The notes under the pieces are model-generated. The model did not search any database and was not told where the DNA came from. It saw only the letters and a program-made list of their open reading frames with translations. Source: Paramecium tetraurelia (Eukaryota). From it: DNA of 64,000 nucleotides. Position 1 is the first letter of the stretch, and every line of letters begins with the position of its first letter. The translations under genes were made by a program, and so were the position numbers. Where the stretch lies: assembly GCA_000165425.1 (NCBI GenBank), contig CT867985.1, positions 496,001 through 560,000 on the forward strand, read 5' to 3'. Shown here in pieces: positions 1 to 12,100 of this stretch.

Positions 1-2046
1 ATTCTTCCTTTAACTCAATATGGCTGCTATGGTGACTCCTTCATATGCACATCCAATTATGTTACAATACATAATGAATCTTGTTAAGAAGATATCAATG
101 GGCATATCACCCATCATTTATCCCAACCTAGTTATATGGATGGTTGAATCTTGAGAGTTTGGATAAGAGAGAGCCCCTAACATTTAGAGATTGGAGATGG
201 CATTCTCAATTTATTTAGTGCTTGGAGGGTCAATAGCAGTTTTAAGAGTGCGACTGGGATCATTGAAAACCTACTTTAAATCAACAATTGTATTAAGTTC
301 TAATTTCTCAGTTTTATTTTCATTTTCCATGGATAGTTGATATAATTTCTTCAGTCTCAATATAATAATTTCTAAGGGACATCTCAACATCTCACAAACA
401 GAATATTGTGTCATTTTATTTTTAAATATGGTTTAAGGTATCAAACGAAAACAAGTTCCAGGGAATAAACGTCCAGTCCTTCCCTTTCTTTGATCAGCAG
501 ATGCTTTAGAACAGTATTACAATGCTAACTTTTCTGTTAGATTCTTAGGATTGTATATAATTTCTTTGGTTAAACAGAAATCAATAACAAATCTACAATC
601 CGGAACAGTAATACTACTTTCAGCCACATTTGTGCTTAATATTAATCTTCTTTTTCTCTTGTGAGTCTCATCAAACTCTTTAGGGATAGTGACAGTGCTA
701 TGTAGTATGATAATGATGAATCTCTCTTCCCCAAATTTTTGATAGATCTCTTCTCTAATATCCATGATTTCTTAATATCCAGGAAGGAAAATCAAGATAG
801 CCCCAGCTCCTTACATGCCTATAGTATCTTTAATTTTATTGGAGTCTAAGAATTCTAGTATTTATAACATGGCTTAGACACTATCCTATTGAACCTTAGG
901 AGTATCTTAAAAGTATAATGAGGTTTGAAATCTTAAAGGTTGATGGAGTTCTAATTTCGCAGTGTCAGCATCATTGAAATATGAATGTATTTCTTCCATA
1001 TAATAAGTTTCAATAGGGTATTTCTAAGACATAGGGACTTTAATAATAGGTGCAGCTTGGTCTTCATCTCCATCCAAGAAATGCTATCCTAATTCTCTTA
1101 ATTCATTCTACTTCTACTCTAATTCTCTCTATTCTTAGGTTAATTGAACTTATCTCTCGATTTCTTTCCATGGTTGACCCCATTGCGTGGAAATGTCATG
1201 ATCTTCTTCCCCTTCAAATTTGATGGATATTTCTACATCATTTTCTTATGTCATATCTGTAAACTTGTACTTTCTATCTACTCTTTGTATATATGTTAGA
1301 TCATCAACCAAATTAAGTGATTTTTTGGAAAAATAGTTAGCAAATTTATCACTGCAGATAGTTGCAGACATCAAAATCAATTTAGTTTCTGGAAAATGCT
1401 TCAATAGATTTTTGATTATGATTAGACAAAAGTCTATGTCAATGTCTCTTTCATGGACTTCATCCATTATAATGTGAGTATAATCTTTCAAGACTTGTTC
1501 TCTGTCATGCACTAATTTTTATAGAAATATTCCTGTGGTTACAAATTAGATTTAGGTTTGTCTAGAACTTATTTGTGAATCCATCCCAACCTAATAGCCA
1601 ACAAGAGTGCCTAATTAACAATCTAACTCCTATGCCACTCTTTTGGCCAATGATTTAGCAGCCAATCTTCTTGGTTGAGTACATAGAATATTCACTGTTT
1701 TTGGTGTTTCGAATTCTGTGTTTGTATGATGCCTCAAAATCATCTGTGGCACTTAGGTTGATTTACCACAACCTGTCCCTCCTGTAATCACAATGACTTA
1801 ATTATTCTGCATTTCTTCCAGAATTTTGTTACTCACATTATATATAGGCAACGCTTTTCGTTCTCTTTCTGTCAGTGGTTTTATAACTCTTTTCCTCAGA
1901 TGAGTCGATTATGATATCTAGGCCTCTTGTTGTTATTATAATGGAATATAATCGCCAAGATTATCATCTTAAGTTCTCACCTTTTTCCTTACTATATCCT
2001 CTACTTAAGATTCCTTCTTCACGACCATTTCTTCCTCCATTTACAT
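1..2046 (-). CDS. DExH-box RNA helicase, Spindle-E/TDRD9-like (3' end beyond window)
   Basis: Ciliate-code ORF from ATG 2046: GGTGCGKSTQVPQ (motif I), TQPRRLAA, DEVHER, MSAT, IFLPG, STNVAESSITVPDCRFVIDFCLTK, QRKGRTGR, EMLRCPLE, then an HA2-like segment. Confidence 0.9.
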
Positions 2047-2600
2047 TTATTATCTTTTAAATTGCTTTTTTTGGCTTCAAAATAGGTATCAAATATTTAT
2101 ATTATACTTAAATATTTAGTAATAAAATAATTTTAAACAATTCAATTTTCAAATATTTGTTAATCTCAATTCTATTTATGTCCTTTTCATTATTCAAAAT
2201 GTTGATAAGCAATATACTAAGTATTTCTGGGATTTATAGATTTTCTTGAGTATATTTTATATTTATCTATAAGAATTGTATTTCAACAACCCTTACATCA
2301 ATATTCAAATAACCTTAGTAAATAATCATCTCTTACTATAATTATTCAAAATTTTAAATAGTTTGATGTTAAAAAGAATTATTAACATTAATAATTACTA
2401 TTTTATTCCAAATACAAAAAATTATTATTATAACAAAACATAAATTAAGCTAAAGTAGAAATTTCTGTCAACCATAAAATTATCACATTAAATAATTTGT
2501 TTTTGATATAATTATATAGAGATCTAAGATTAAAATGCAAAGCAATATCAATTATATGTAAAGAATTTCAATTGGAATTATGTTATTTTAATATGACATA

Positions 2601-3196
2601 TCATTTCATGTTATTAGCAGCCAATTATTATTCTGCTGATTTAAGCAATGTTTTTCCTTAGACATTATCTTATTTAATTACAAAGTTATCTTTTCCTGTG
2701 TTAGAGTTGATAAAATTAATTTCTTATTGAGTAAACTAAAGTAATTAATTTATAATTTACAGGTATTCCAATATCTTGCAATTAATTCAAGCAATTCAGA
2801 GTTTCTTTCACATATTAAGCTTAATTTATTCTTTAAAGTGTATAGTCTTAATCTAATTTCTTTATCTTTTCTCTTATTGAAGTGCCTTATGATGATGACA
2901 TGAGATGTTTGATTTCTTCAGAGTTAAAAGAATTCTTGATTGCTGCTCGTAATTCTTCTTATTATTGTTATAGTGCATTCTTCAATGTTAGATCGCCCTA
3001 TTCTATTTCTTATAATTTGGTTTGGAAAATCTCTAACTCCTATAATGTGTCATTTTTCATTTGTCTATAATGTATACGATGGAGCATACTTATATTCTTC
3101 AGGATCCAATTCATTTTTATATTCCTCCAGATCTTTAAGTTGTTCAAGCAGTCTTTTTAATTGTTATTCAATGTTTTCTAATATCTTTTTATCCAT
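2601..3196 (-). CDS. LZIC: LZIC-like protein
   Basis: MDKKILENIEQQLKRLLEQLKDLEEYKNELDPEEYK..TLQELEIF..GDLTL..AAIKNSF matches the LZIC N-terminus as I recall it; small GT-AG introns. Confidence 0.75.
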
Positions 3197-3248
3197 TTGT
3201 TTATAGAATATTAATCTTAATATTTAATATATTGTATTAATTCATAAT

Positions 3249-4250
3249 TCATTTTTAAGGTTCCAAAGAAATTGATCTCTAATCTAATTGTTCATCAATT
3301 AATTGATTTTCTTCAGGATCCACCATTTCTCCAGGTTCTCTCTCATCATTAGACTATTGTTATTGAGGTTCCTATTATGAAGTAGAATCTAACTGTTGTT
3401 AGACTTCCTAAGATTCCTATAGTATGATATGATTCTTCATTTCGCTCTCTTATTATTCGCATTGATTTTTATCTGATAATGCAGTGGGTTGATTTAAAAT
3501 AGTTTTTTTGCTATCAGACTGAGTAAAGTTGATGATGGCATTTTTATTTTATTGAATAGGAGGATCCTGTTATTTTTATTCTTCAGCATGAACATAGCTA
3601 GGCTGTTTGTTAGTATCAGTATATTTGGGATTGCGAAGCAGGATCTACTTAATCAATTATGCTCTTTCTACATTATCTTTTCCAGGAGCATAGAATTTGA
3701 TATCTGCGTTATTTTCATGACCTACTATACAATTCTCTAAAAAGTTCATAAAGAGCAATGGAGCAGCCAATTTGAATTGATCGTATTAGTAGAAATCTGA
3801 AATAGGGACTACTCCATCTGCTCTGGGTTTCCATTTGACTTCAAAGACGCAGTCCTCATTTGTTAACATCAAATGTACACTGTCTATTTCATCGCATTTT
3901 TGAGGGTAGGAACTACAAAATTTTTAAGCCATTTCCTTTTATTTGTTTAAGAGAAGTTCTTCAGAATAACTGGGATGTTTGAGACTTTATTAGACTTACT
4001 ACATGACAGGTAATTGTTGTGCTACATTTTTAAGATTTTTTTATTTTTGCTCTTAATATGATTATTAATTCTAAAGGAATTCTTCTAAAATTGAGCGTCG
4101 AACATTTTGTTCATATTCCCAAGTGGTTTAATCAGTTCCTTTCCATTTCATTAAATACTAGATTTGATTGTTTATTAGTCTTTTTTTGAGAATCCTTTCT
4201 GGAGATCGAGGAGTTATTAATTAATAATCCTATTATTTAGTGGGGCGCAT
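3249..4250 (-). CDS. HP1-like protein: chromodomain + chromo-shadow-like domain + Q-rich tail (333 aa)
   Basis: Intronless 1002-nt ORF; ERILKKRLINNQIQYLMKWKGTDQTTWEYEQNV (chromo); FEVKWKPRADGVVP..FKLAAPLLFMNFLENCI (shadow-like). Confidence 0.8.
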
Positions 4251-4353
4251 AATAATTAATATTAATTGAATTGATTTGAAGCCACTAAAATTTAAATCCT
4301 AAAAGTGCCAAAAATTCGCATCCAATTCACAAAATAAACAATGCTATTATATA

Positions 4354-4893
4354 ATGTAATATAAAAAGAATTACCCTAATATATAATTTGATCTTTCAAT
4401 TGATTAATTTAGACTGACAGATGACGAGATAATACTGACTACAAACCTGACTAAGAGGCCTAAATATTAGATAAAAAATATTTAATAAACAGCCAATTGC
4501 ATTTCTCAAGTCGTGAAGGAAAATGAAATCAAGAAAAGACCCCAAATAGAGATTCAAAAAGAATTGTGCACACCCAAAAGACCACTCAATCAGCACTTAA
4601 GAAATTACGATTCCCTGTTGTTCCCATTCATAACTACGAAACAAAGCCATCTGCCTAATTTTCTAGAGTTATCTAAACTAATTAAATTAACTGAAACTCC
4701 AAGAATTTCAAATAATATCAAACTTAGATCTAGGAGTACTGATTAACGAATCACTTTTCATAAGAGTTCTTCGATTAAAAAGCTGTAAACTGATGTTAAA
4801 AATATTGAAGAACAATTTCAAGAAACCAGGAATTTAATTAAGAGATTTAACAGAATCAAAAGAAAACAAGTCAGATTCGATGTTTCTACTTGA
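4354..4893 (+). CDS. Hypothetical basic protein (179 aa) ending in an RVxF-type motif (KRKQVRFD)
   Basis: Continuous ATG-to-TGA ORF in the ciliate code; includes the track ORF 4513-4746. Confidence 0.6.
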
Positions 4894-4923
4894 TTATTAT
4901 TTTAAGGAAAAATAATTACTATT

Positions 4924-5977
4924 TCATGCATTATTTTCAGCATTCTCTTCTTTCATCTTTTCAATCAGTAAATTCCATTCCTCCAATTATTTGGGATCCG
5001 GCTATTTCTAATGCTCTATCATCTTGAAACATTCATCCTTCGGCTTCGTCTGCTACTACTATTAATGCAATTGCTATAATTTCTATTATTTCCTCTCCTG
5101 CTTCTCCTGATCTGGAGATATTCCCAGATCCCCCAATCTATTAGCTTTCTTAGATCCACCTACTTTCTTACGATTCTGATGTAATTTCATATACTCTTCC
5201 AATGCCTTTCTCTCCCTTATATAGGTTAATTCCTATTATTTTCTTATTTTACAAAACTCTTGTAATTAATGTGTGTTCATCCACTGTCTTGTAATTATCT
5301 TTCTCTTATTCAACCCTTTGTCATCTAGGGGCTCCACCTAAACATTCTGATCCAAATCAAATATGTATTGCTTGTTATTTACATACATTATAAGGAGAGG
5401 CTTCAATTATTAATTATTTTTACTTCTCCCTTGACCATCAAGTCTTCCAATTAATTTTGTATCACTTTTTCATATTGAATCCACGTCTGCCCATTGTAGT
5501 AGGACCACTTGCCTTGCTATATTTTAATTTGCCTTGACACTATGGAGGATTCTCTCCTAATTTTATAATAACTAATTTAATGATGCATGACCATGTGATC
5601 ATAGTCAACTATAAACTACATGTCCTTGAAAATGATCTGGAACTCTCCTTGATTGCAGTAATGAAGCATATTCTCCAGGAGATTGCACCTTCTCCAATCA
5701 AATATTTTCCATTTCCCATCTTCATCCAGGTAAAACCAATCAACATCATGATGTGGGGGTGGGAATGTGCTGATGGTCGGCATTTGCTGGGGCCTATATA
5801 AATAAATAAATAATTGTGTTTGTAATAATACATATCAATAAGTGAAGGTGTAAATGTATATTAAGGCTATAAAAATAAGTATTATAAAAATATACTTGGA
5901 AATCTATATAGCGTATAATATATAAATATAAACTTACATAATGGCTGCACTATTTGAGGAACATTAAATTAGTACAT
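4924..5977 (-). CDS. Tandem WWE-domain protein
   Basis: After removing 5 small introns: WFYLDEDGKWKIFD..LE..IVDYDHMVM..KIRRE and WSYYNGQTWIQYE..LE..YIFDLDQNVQ. Confidence 0.7.
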
Positions 5978-6159
5978 ACTAATTTCTTCGTTCAATTATT
6001 TAATAAATAATTATATGAATTTTAATAAATGTCATACATACATTAATTACCATTGTAATAATATGAACTCTTAAGGGGGAGAGACACATTTTCAATATCT
6101 AAGATCAAATTTAAAATTTATGAATTTTATATATGCTCGATAAACAATACTTCAATTTT

Positions 6160-9100
6160 TCATTCATTCCTACTTGCTCTCTACGACAGCCTTAAAACTA
6201 ATTACACTGGGCTATTTTGAAAAATATCTATTCTGTCTCAACAGTCTACCAGTATTACGATTAGAACTTGATAATGGGTCAGTAATTATTGTCTATTCAT
6301 CCTTCCTCGTTGTCAACTTAGGCATATACAAATCACATGTCATAGAACTAGTTTAATCACTAATAAATACGATTTAAATTCGATTATCTATTGGGCTTAA
6401 TTGATTAAATAAAGTCTAACCATCTTGAATCGGTCTTTAATCAGTTTCTTCCTTAGCGAATTCTTAATGAATATTCTCTTTAAAGTCCTATTCTTGTTGA
6501 TTATATGAGGGAACTTTAGATAAATGATTGTCTTGATCTCATCGATAGTTTTTTCCATTTTATCAAAATAAGCATATACCAATTTCTATAGCATGTTTGC
6601 AACAAACAAAAAGTTTAAGACTGCTAAGATTGTATAAAATGGCAACACAACCTCAATTATGTCAAAAGATTATGCTGTATAGATTGAAGATGCTAAGACT
6701 ATAGAAATAGAACAGATAGACGTGGATAAGAAGTCGATTTTATTCAACGGAGCAGATTGATAAGGCTTGTACTTAGTGCTTAAATGGCTGTAGATATAGA
6801 GAATCAAGAAAACTAAAGAAGCCTTTACGGCAACATAATCAGAATAGTATAGTAGGACCAAAATGATTATTTCTTTCTACAGGATTTTCAAGGTTTCCCA
6901 GTAATACGTTTCCAATTTGTATTCGTTGTATAAATAACCCCACATCTTCCTTACCTTCATCGAATTCAACTATTTCCTATTATAGTACACAACGAACCAA
7001 AATAAAAAGGGTATAAACAACCCTAAAATGAAAAGACTTGGTATAACAAAACTGATTAACCAAATAGTGTGTTGATATGTATTATACAAATAAGATACAT
7101 TGCCTGACACCCAAAATTCATTAGAGATCTTTCTATAAGACAGCAATCCGATTAATCCACTGACTATGTTTGGGAATAAGTAAATGTAAATGTAAATAAA
7201 TGTTGTTGTCATAAACGTTATCTAAAACTTGCCTTTCTTTAAGAATAAAAGCATTATATAAATCGAAAAAAAGAGCATTATATATATTCCGATCGTTAAG
7301 AGACTAAAAATAATTCTAAAGTATAGTATTGGAACGATTTCAATTGAGTCAGCTAAAAAACAATCCAATGAAAATGCCATGGAATCCATTGGATTGCCAA
7401 CTCCACTAACTACTAAAGATATCCCAGAAGGTATCGACAGTTGGAATGAAGTTATTGAACTGATAATCTAAAGATAGTTAGTAAAAACTTTCAATAGAAC
7501 AGACGTCGATGTTGGTTGGGTTATCATGTAATTCCGTAATGATTTAAGTTTCAACTGAAAGATAAACTCTTCAATCATCTGAACTGTGCTAGTAACTGAA
7601 ATGAATAGAGATAATAAAGTCCATAAGACAACTAAAACTATATTGATAATGTTTTTTGCCACTTGCTCACAACCACTACAACCATATGCTTAGCTTATAG
7701 AGAAGTAACCTTAGCCTCGAATGTTATACAAATCACACTATTCACATAAAGCTCCAATGTGTCCTAATCCACAGGAAGGATTCCCAGCAAACCATCCTCC
7801 CTAACAATTTTATTGTTAATGATAACAGAGTTCTACGACATTGCTGTAGTAATATGCTCTCCAATATCCTGATCTTAATTCAATCATTGCTGGCTTAATT
7901 GATTTCATTTTCTATTCATTTTTGAATTAACAAGCTTAGGCGTTTTCTTAAACTGAGTATTAATTTTGAGTTATATCACATTAAACACAACCTCCTGAAG
8001 TAGAATTTAAATATTCTCCTAATTGACACTTGAAAGTACGCAAATGCAATAATAATATATAATTATCTAGAGTGTAATTGAGTTCGTATGGAGAATAGTT
8101 ATTAAAAACAGGAATCTTAATTGCCTTACATATAAAAGCTAATTAAAGTGAATATTATTGTTCTTGTAAAGGGTTGAAGTATACAGTCAGATTATCTAAG
8201 TTGTAATCTTAGGTTTAATCATTAAACTTCACTTAAGTATATGATAGTGATTAAGCAGAGATATTCTCCAAGATGTTCTAAATTTTCTCTTATATGTTAC
8301 TTGTATTCACAACTGAAGGGTTTATGGTACATTCTGTGCCATTTAGATTTTTCATTTGCTCAAATTATATATTCAACGGAATGAGTCTAAATGAGAAATT
8401 ATAGTCGATGTAAGAATTACTCTAAGCATCGAAATGTTTGTAATCATAGATTTTAAGACCTGATGGTACTAAGATTTAATCAGTTTTTTCTTCGGCACCC
8501 AAATAATAATAGGGCTAGACCTCAACTTCATCAATCTATGTAGTTTGATTCTTAAATAGCAGCTTGTTTTTTAATAAATTTAATCCATCCAACGAAAGGC
8601 TCAGATACATAGGCACTGATGCAAGGTTATCTGCATATTTCGTCCCTAAATTTTCCTTTATGTACACATTCCCTTTTGTAAGTTCTTGAATTGTTTCTCC
8701 ATTTTAATATAATCCACCTCCAATTTAAGCTTTATTCTATATAAGCTAACTATCAAGAATCAATATATGATTTTGCTCTTCTGAGTAATAATATATAGCC
8801 CCTCCTGTCTCTCTAGCCTGATTATTATTGAATAAGCATTTTTCGATTAACATATTCAAATCAATAAAAAAGCAGGCCCCACCATAATCGGCTATATTAT
8901 TTATAAATAAACTATTGCTAATTTTTAATTGGATTTGTTTGTTTTAAATATTTTTAATTTTTTCAACTGAATTTTAGAGGATACGATTTTATTGATTCTC
9001 GTTAAGATTGAAATTAGAGTTTTGTAAAAATGATAAACAACCAATTACACCACATGTATTATTAATCAGACTTACATTCTTCAATCTTAAATTCATAGAA

Positions 9101-12100
9101 TTCACTTTCACATCCTATACAGTGAATACTCCAAAGTAGCAGTTAGAACATTCGATATTAGAAATTAATAAATTCTCTATTAGTAATTCTTGTTCGTTAT
9201 CAATACTTTTTATCTCAATTAAACTCATGTTATAATTGGCTTCTTCAAAAATCAATTTTTTATTGCAGATTAATTGATTGGTTAAATTGTACTTTTTTAA
9301 TTCGACCAAAGGGTTCTAAACAATATCAGATAAATCATCAAAACATAGTAAATCTTTTGTCGCCACTATTTCCACCTCCTGGCAATCTTCGATTTGGGTT
9401 TGATATTGTTGTAGTTTTTGCAACTTAAAATCTTAAAGTAATATCTTGCCCATAAAACCTATAAAACATATATTTAATATTACCTTCTCTTAAGGAGATT
9501 CTTAGAATTGGAGATAGATAGTAAGTACTGTTCAAAATTTCTATATTATTTAAGTTTATGAGATATCCATTATATATCTCCAAAATGGTGGCTATGTGAA
9601 ATTAAATAAATGAACAGTTGACCATTGTAAAATTACAATATTGAACATACATAGTGGGATTTTCTCTTTGAAATGGCTTAACATCTTAAGAAGATATATC
9701 TTATAATTAGGATATGTAGTAGTTGAATGCATTTTCACTATTAATTATAAGGGAGTTTGAAATTTTAAAGTTTGAATACACAGAGTTTTATCTACTTGGC
9801 GAAAAAGTAAGTATGGAATTTTAGATTGAGAAGGATTCCTATATGGTTAAGTTATCTAGATTAATTTCATTTTTCAGAAATGAAGGTTCTATGTACAAAA
9901 GTCCTGCCTGTGTTCTGGAAGAAGTAAGTTAGAATATTGAATCATGAATATTAAGATTGAATCTGCTTTTTGAAGAGTCAATATAAAAGCAACCTCCAAC
10001 TGATATTTAATATCCATTAATTGTAGTTGAAGTATTTATAAATTTTGAATTGCTTATTTCTATTGAACCTTGTTGAGTTGTGATTATATAAAATGCTCCT
10101 CCATTTAAGGCCAAAGACTATTCAACTTGAATTTACTCTAGTAACGCAGAATTTATTAAAAGGTAGCCATTTCCACCAGATGATAACACCTGAAAGTTAA
10201 GCATAATGTTGGAAGAAATTTCAGTATCTGTTTTGGAGACAAATAAGTACTTCTCGAAAATAGTGGGGTTTAGTTAATTTTATTTAGTAAAGACACTATT
10301 TGAAATGTTAAGATAATTTGCCTTAATGAAGAGATTTGAATCAGTAGAATTGGAAATTATATTTTGATCAAAAAAGCAATTTGATATAATTACTTCACTT
10401 GATTGGGCATAGATGACTAAAGTTGAGGATGAAAATAATTAATAATCTTGGAAATATTCATTCAAGAAGTTTTAAGTAAAGTTTGTATTTACAATGTTGA
10501 TATTCATTAGTTGCTCTGTTTTAATGTATATAATTGAAGTAAATTTATTTTATTATGTTACTATCAACATGTTATCAAAAAACTTTGAATTTTTTATAAC
10601 TATGCTATTTTCTACCTAATCATCAAATTAATTTTAACTTGCAAATAAGAAAAATGAATTATCAAAAATAACGGATTAAAATATAACTACATTATCCAAT
10701 TCCACTTGATTGAAGGAACTTAGGTAAAAAACAAAGTATATGTCTAAGTATAAAAATTGTTCAATGCATTTATAAGAGGAATGCAATGTCTTTGTAATGT
10801 ATTGAGGACTCTGCTAAATGATGATATTTGAAAATTTCAAAACTTTACTTTGAAAAATCGCAATTTCTGGATATCCTAAGCCTCTAAGTATTTCCACTTT
10901 ATCCAAAATACATACTTAACACTCTAAGTAGATCAAGGATTGATCATTTGTCAATGACTTAATTGAATTGACTCCTTTTAAAATATTATAATATTGATTG
11001 TTCTTTAAGGTTAAACCTTCAATTATGAGTGAGTTATTTGAGATTTGATTCTAAAATATAGCAATAAAACATTAAGAATTATGGTAAATGTTTTCAATAA
11101 AACTTGCATTTTTAATCCTAATAGATTCAGCATTTTTTAAAGCTTGAGTTGCCTTTGATGAAGTGCCTTTATTAGTAATTAAGTAGCCTGTATTTATGAT
11201 TATATTAATAGCTAAAAAGTCTTCGATATTAATTATGTTGGATAGTAAGAAGGAGGACGAATCTAAAAAAATAATGTTTTTTAAAGTTAAATTTTTGATG
11301 GAACATGAGCCAGAACCCATAAGATTCAAAAGTTAAGAAGCATTCATCAATGTGATATTTTGGAAATAAAGATTCTCAAGAGTGATGTATCCTACATGAT
11401 ATTGCAATAAGAATGAAGTATAAATAAATTAGGATCCTGCTCTAAAAGTTAGATTAGAAGCATAAACATTGGAAATTGATATTTGATAATCAGGACTGAA
11501 TTTTAACGATTCAAAACAAAAGATACTTGATTTAGTAAAGTTAGAGTTGATGAAAACTAAATTTTGAGCATGGAATTTAGGATTTTTAGTACTTTATAAA
11601 GGCTGAAAGTCTATTAACTTAGAATCTGTCAAATTTAAATCTAAGAATGTAACATTATCAAACAAGATATTCAAAGAGTTATTGCTCATTATCGTGTAAG
11701 AAGTTAATCTAAAACTATTAGCACATAGTATTTAGGAATCAATCAATTTAAAAGTGACTGGAAAGAATTCATTAAGTATACTAATTTTACAATAAATATT
11801 GTATAGACTTGTTGAAGGATGACTTAAGGTTGATGTTGCTAATATACCAACATTTTAAAAATGGACTTCATCAAAATTCATAACATTATAATTTGATTAA
11901 GTAAGCAGGAATGTTAGTTCTTCACCTATGAGTTTAATTCTGGCTGTTTTTATAGTAAATACTTATGAAGAAAAGGGATTCTTAATCTTGACTGATTAAG
12001 CCTCCCATTAAAAACACGGACCAGGATATTTAGGGAGAATTTTGAGTAAATTAACAAAATTGACTTCTATAATTGATTACTCATTGAGGAAGTCATAAAT

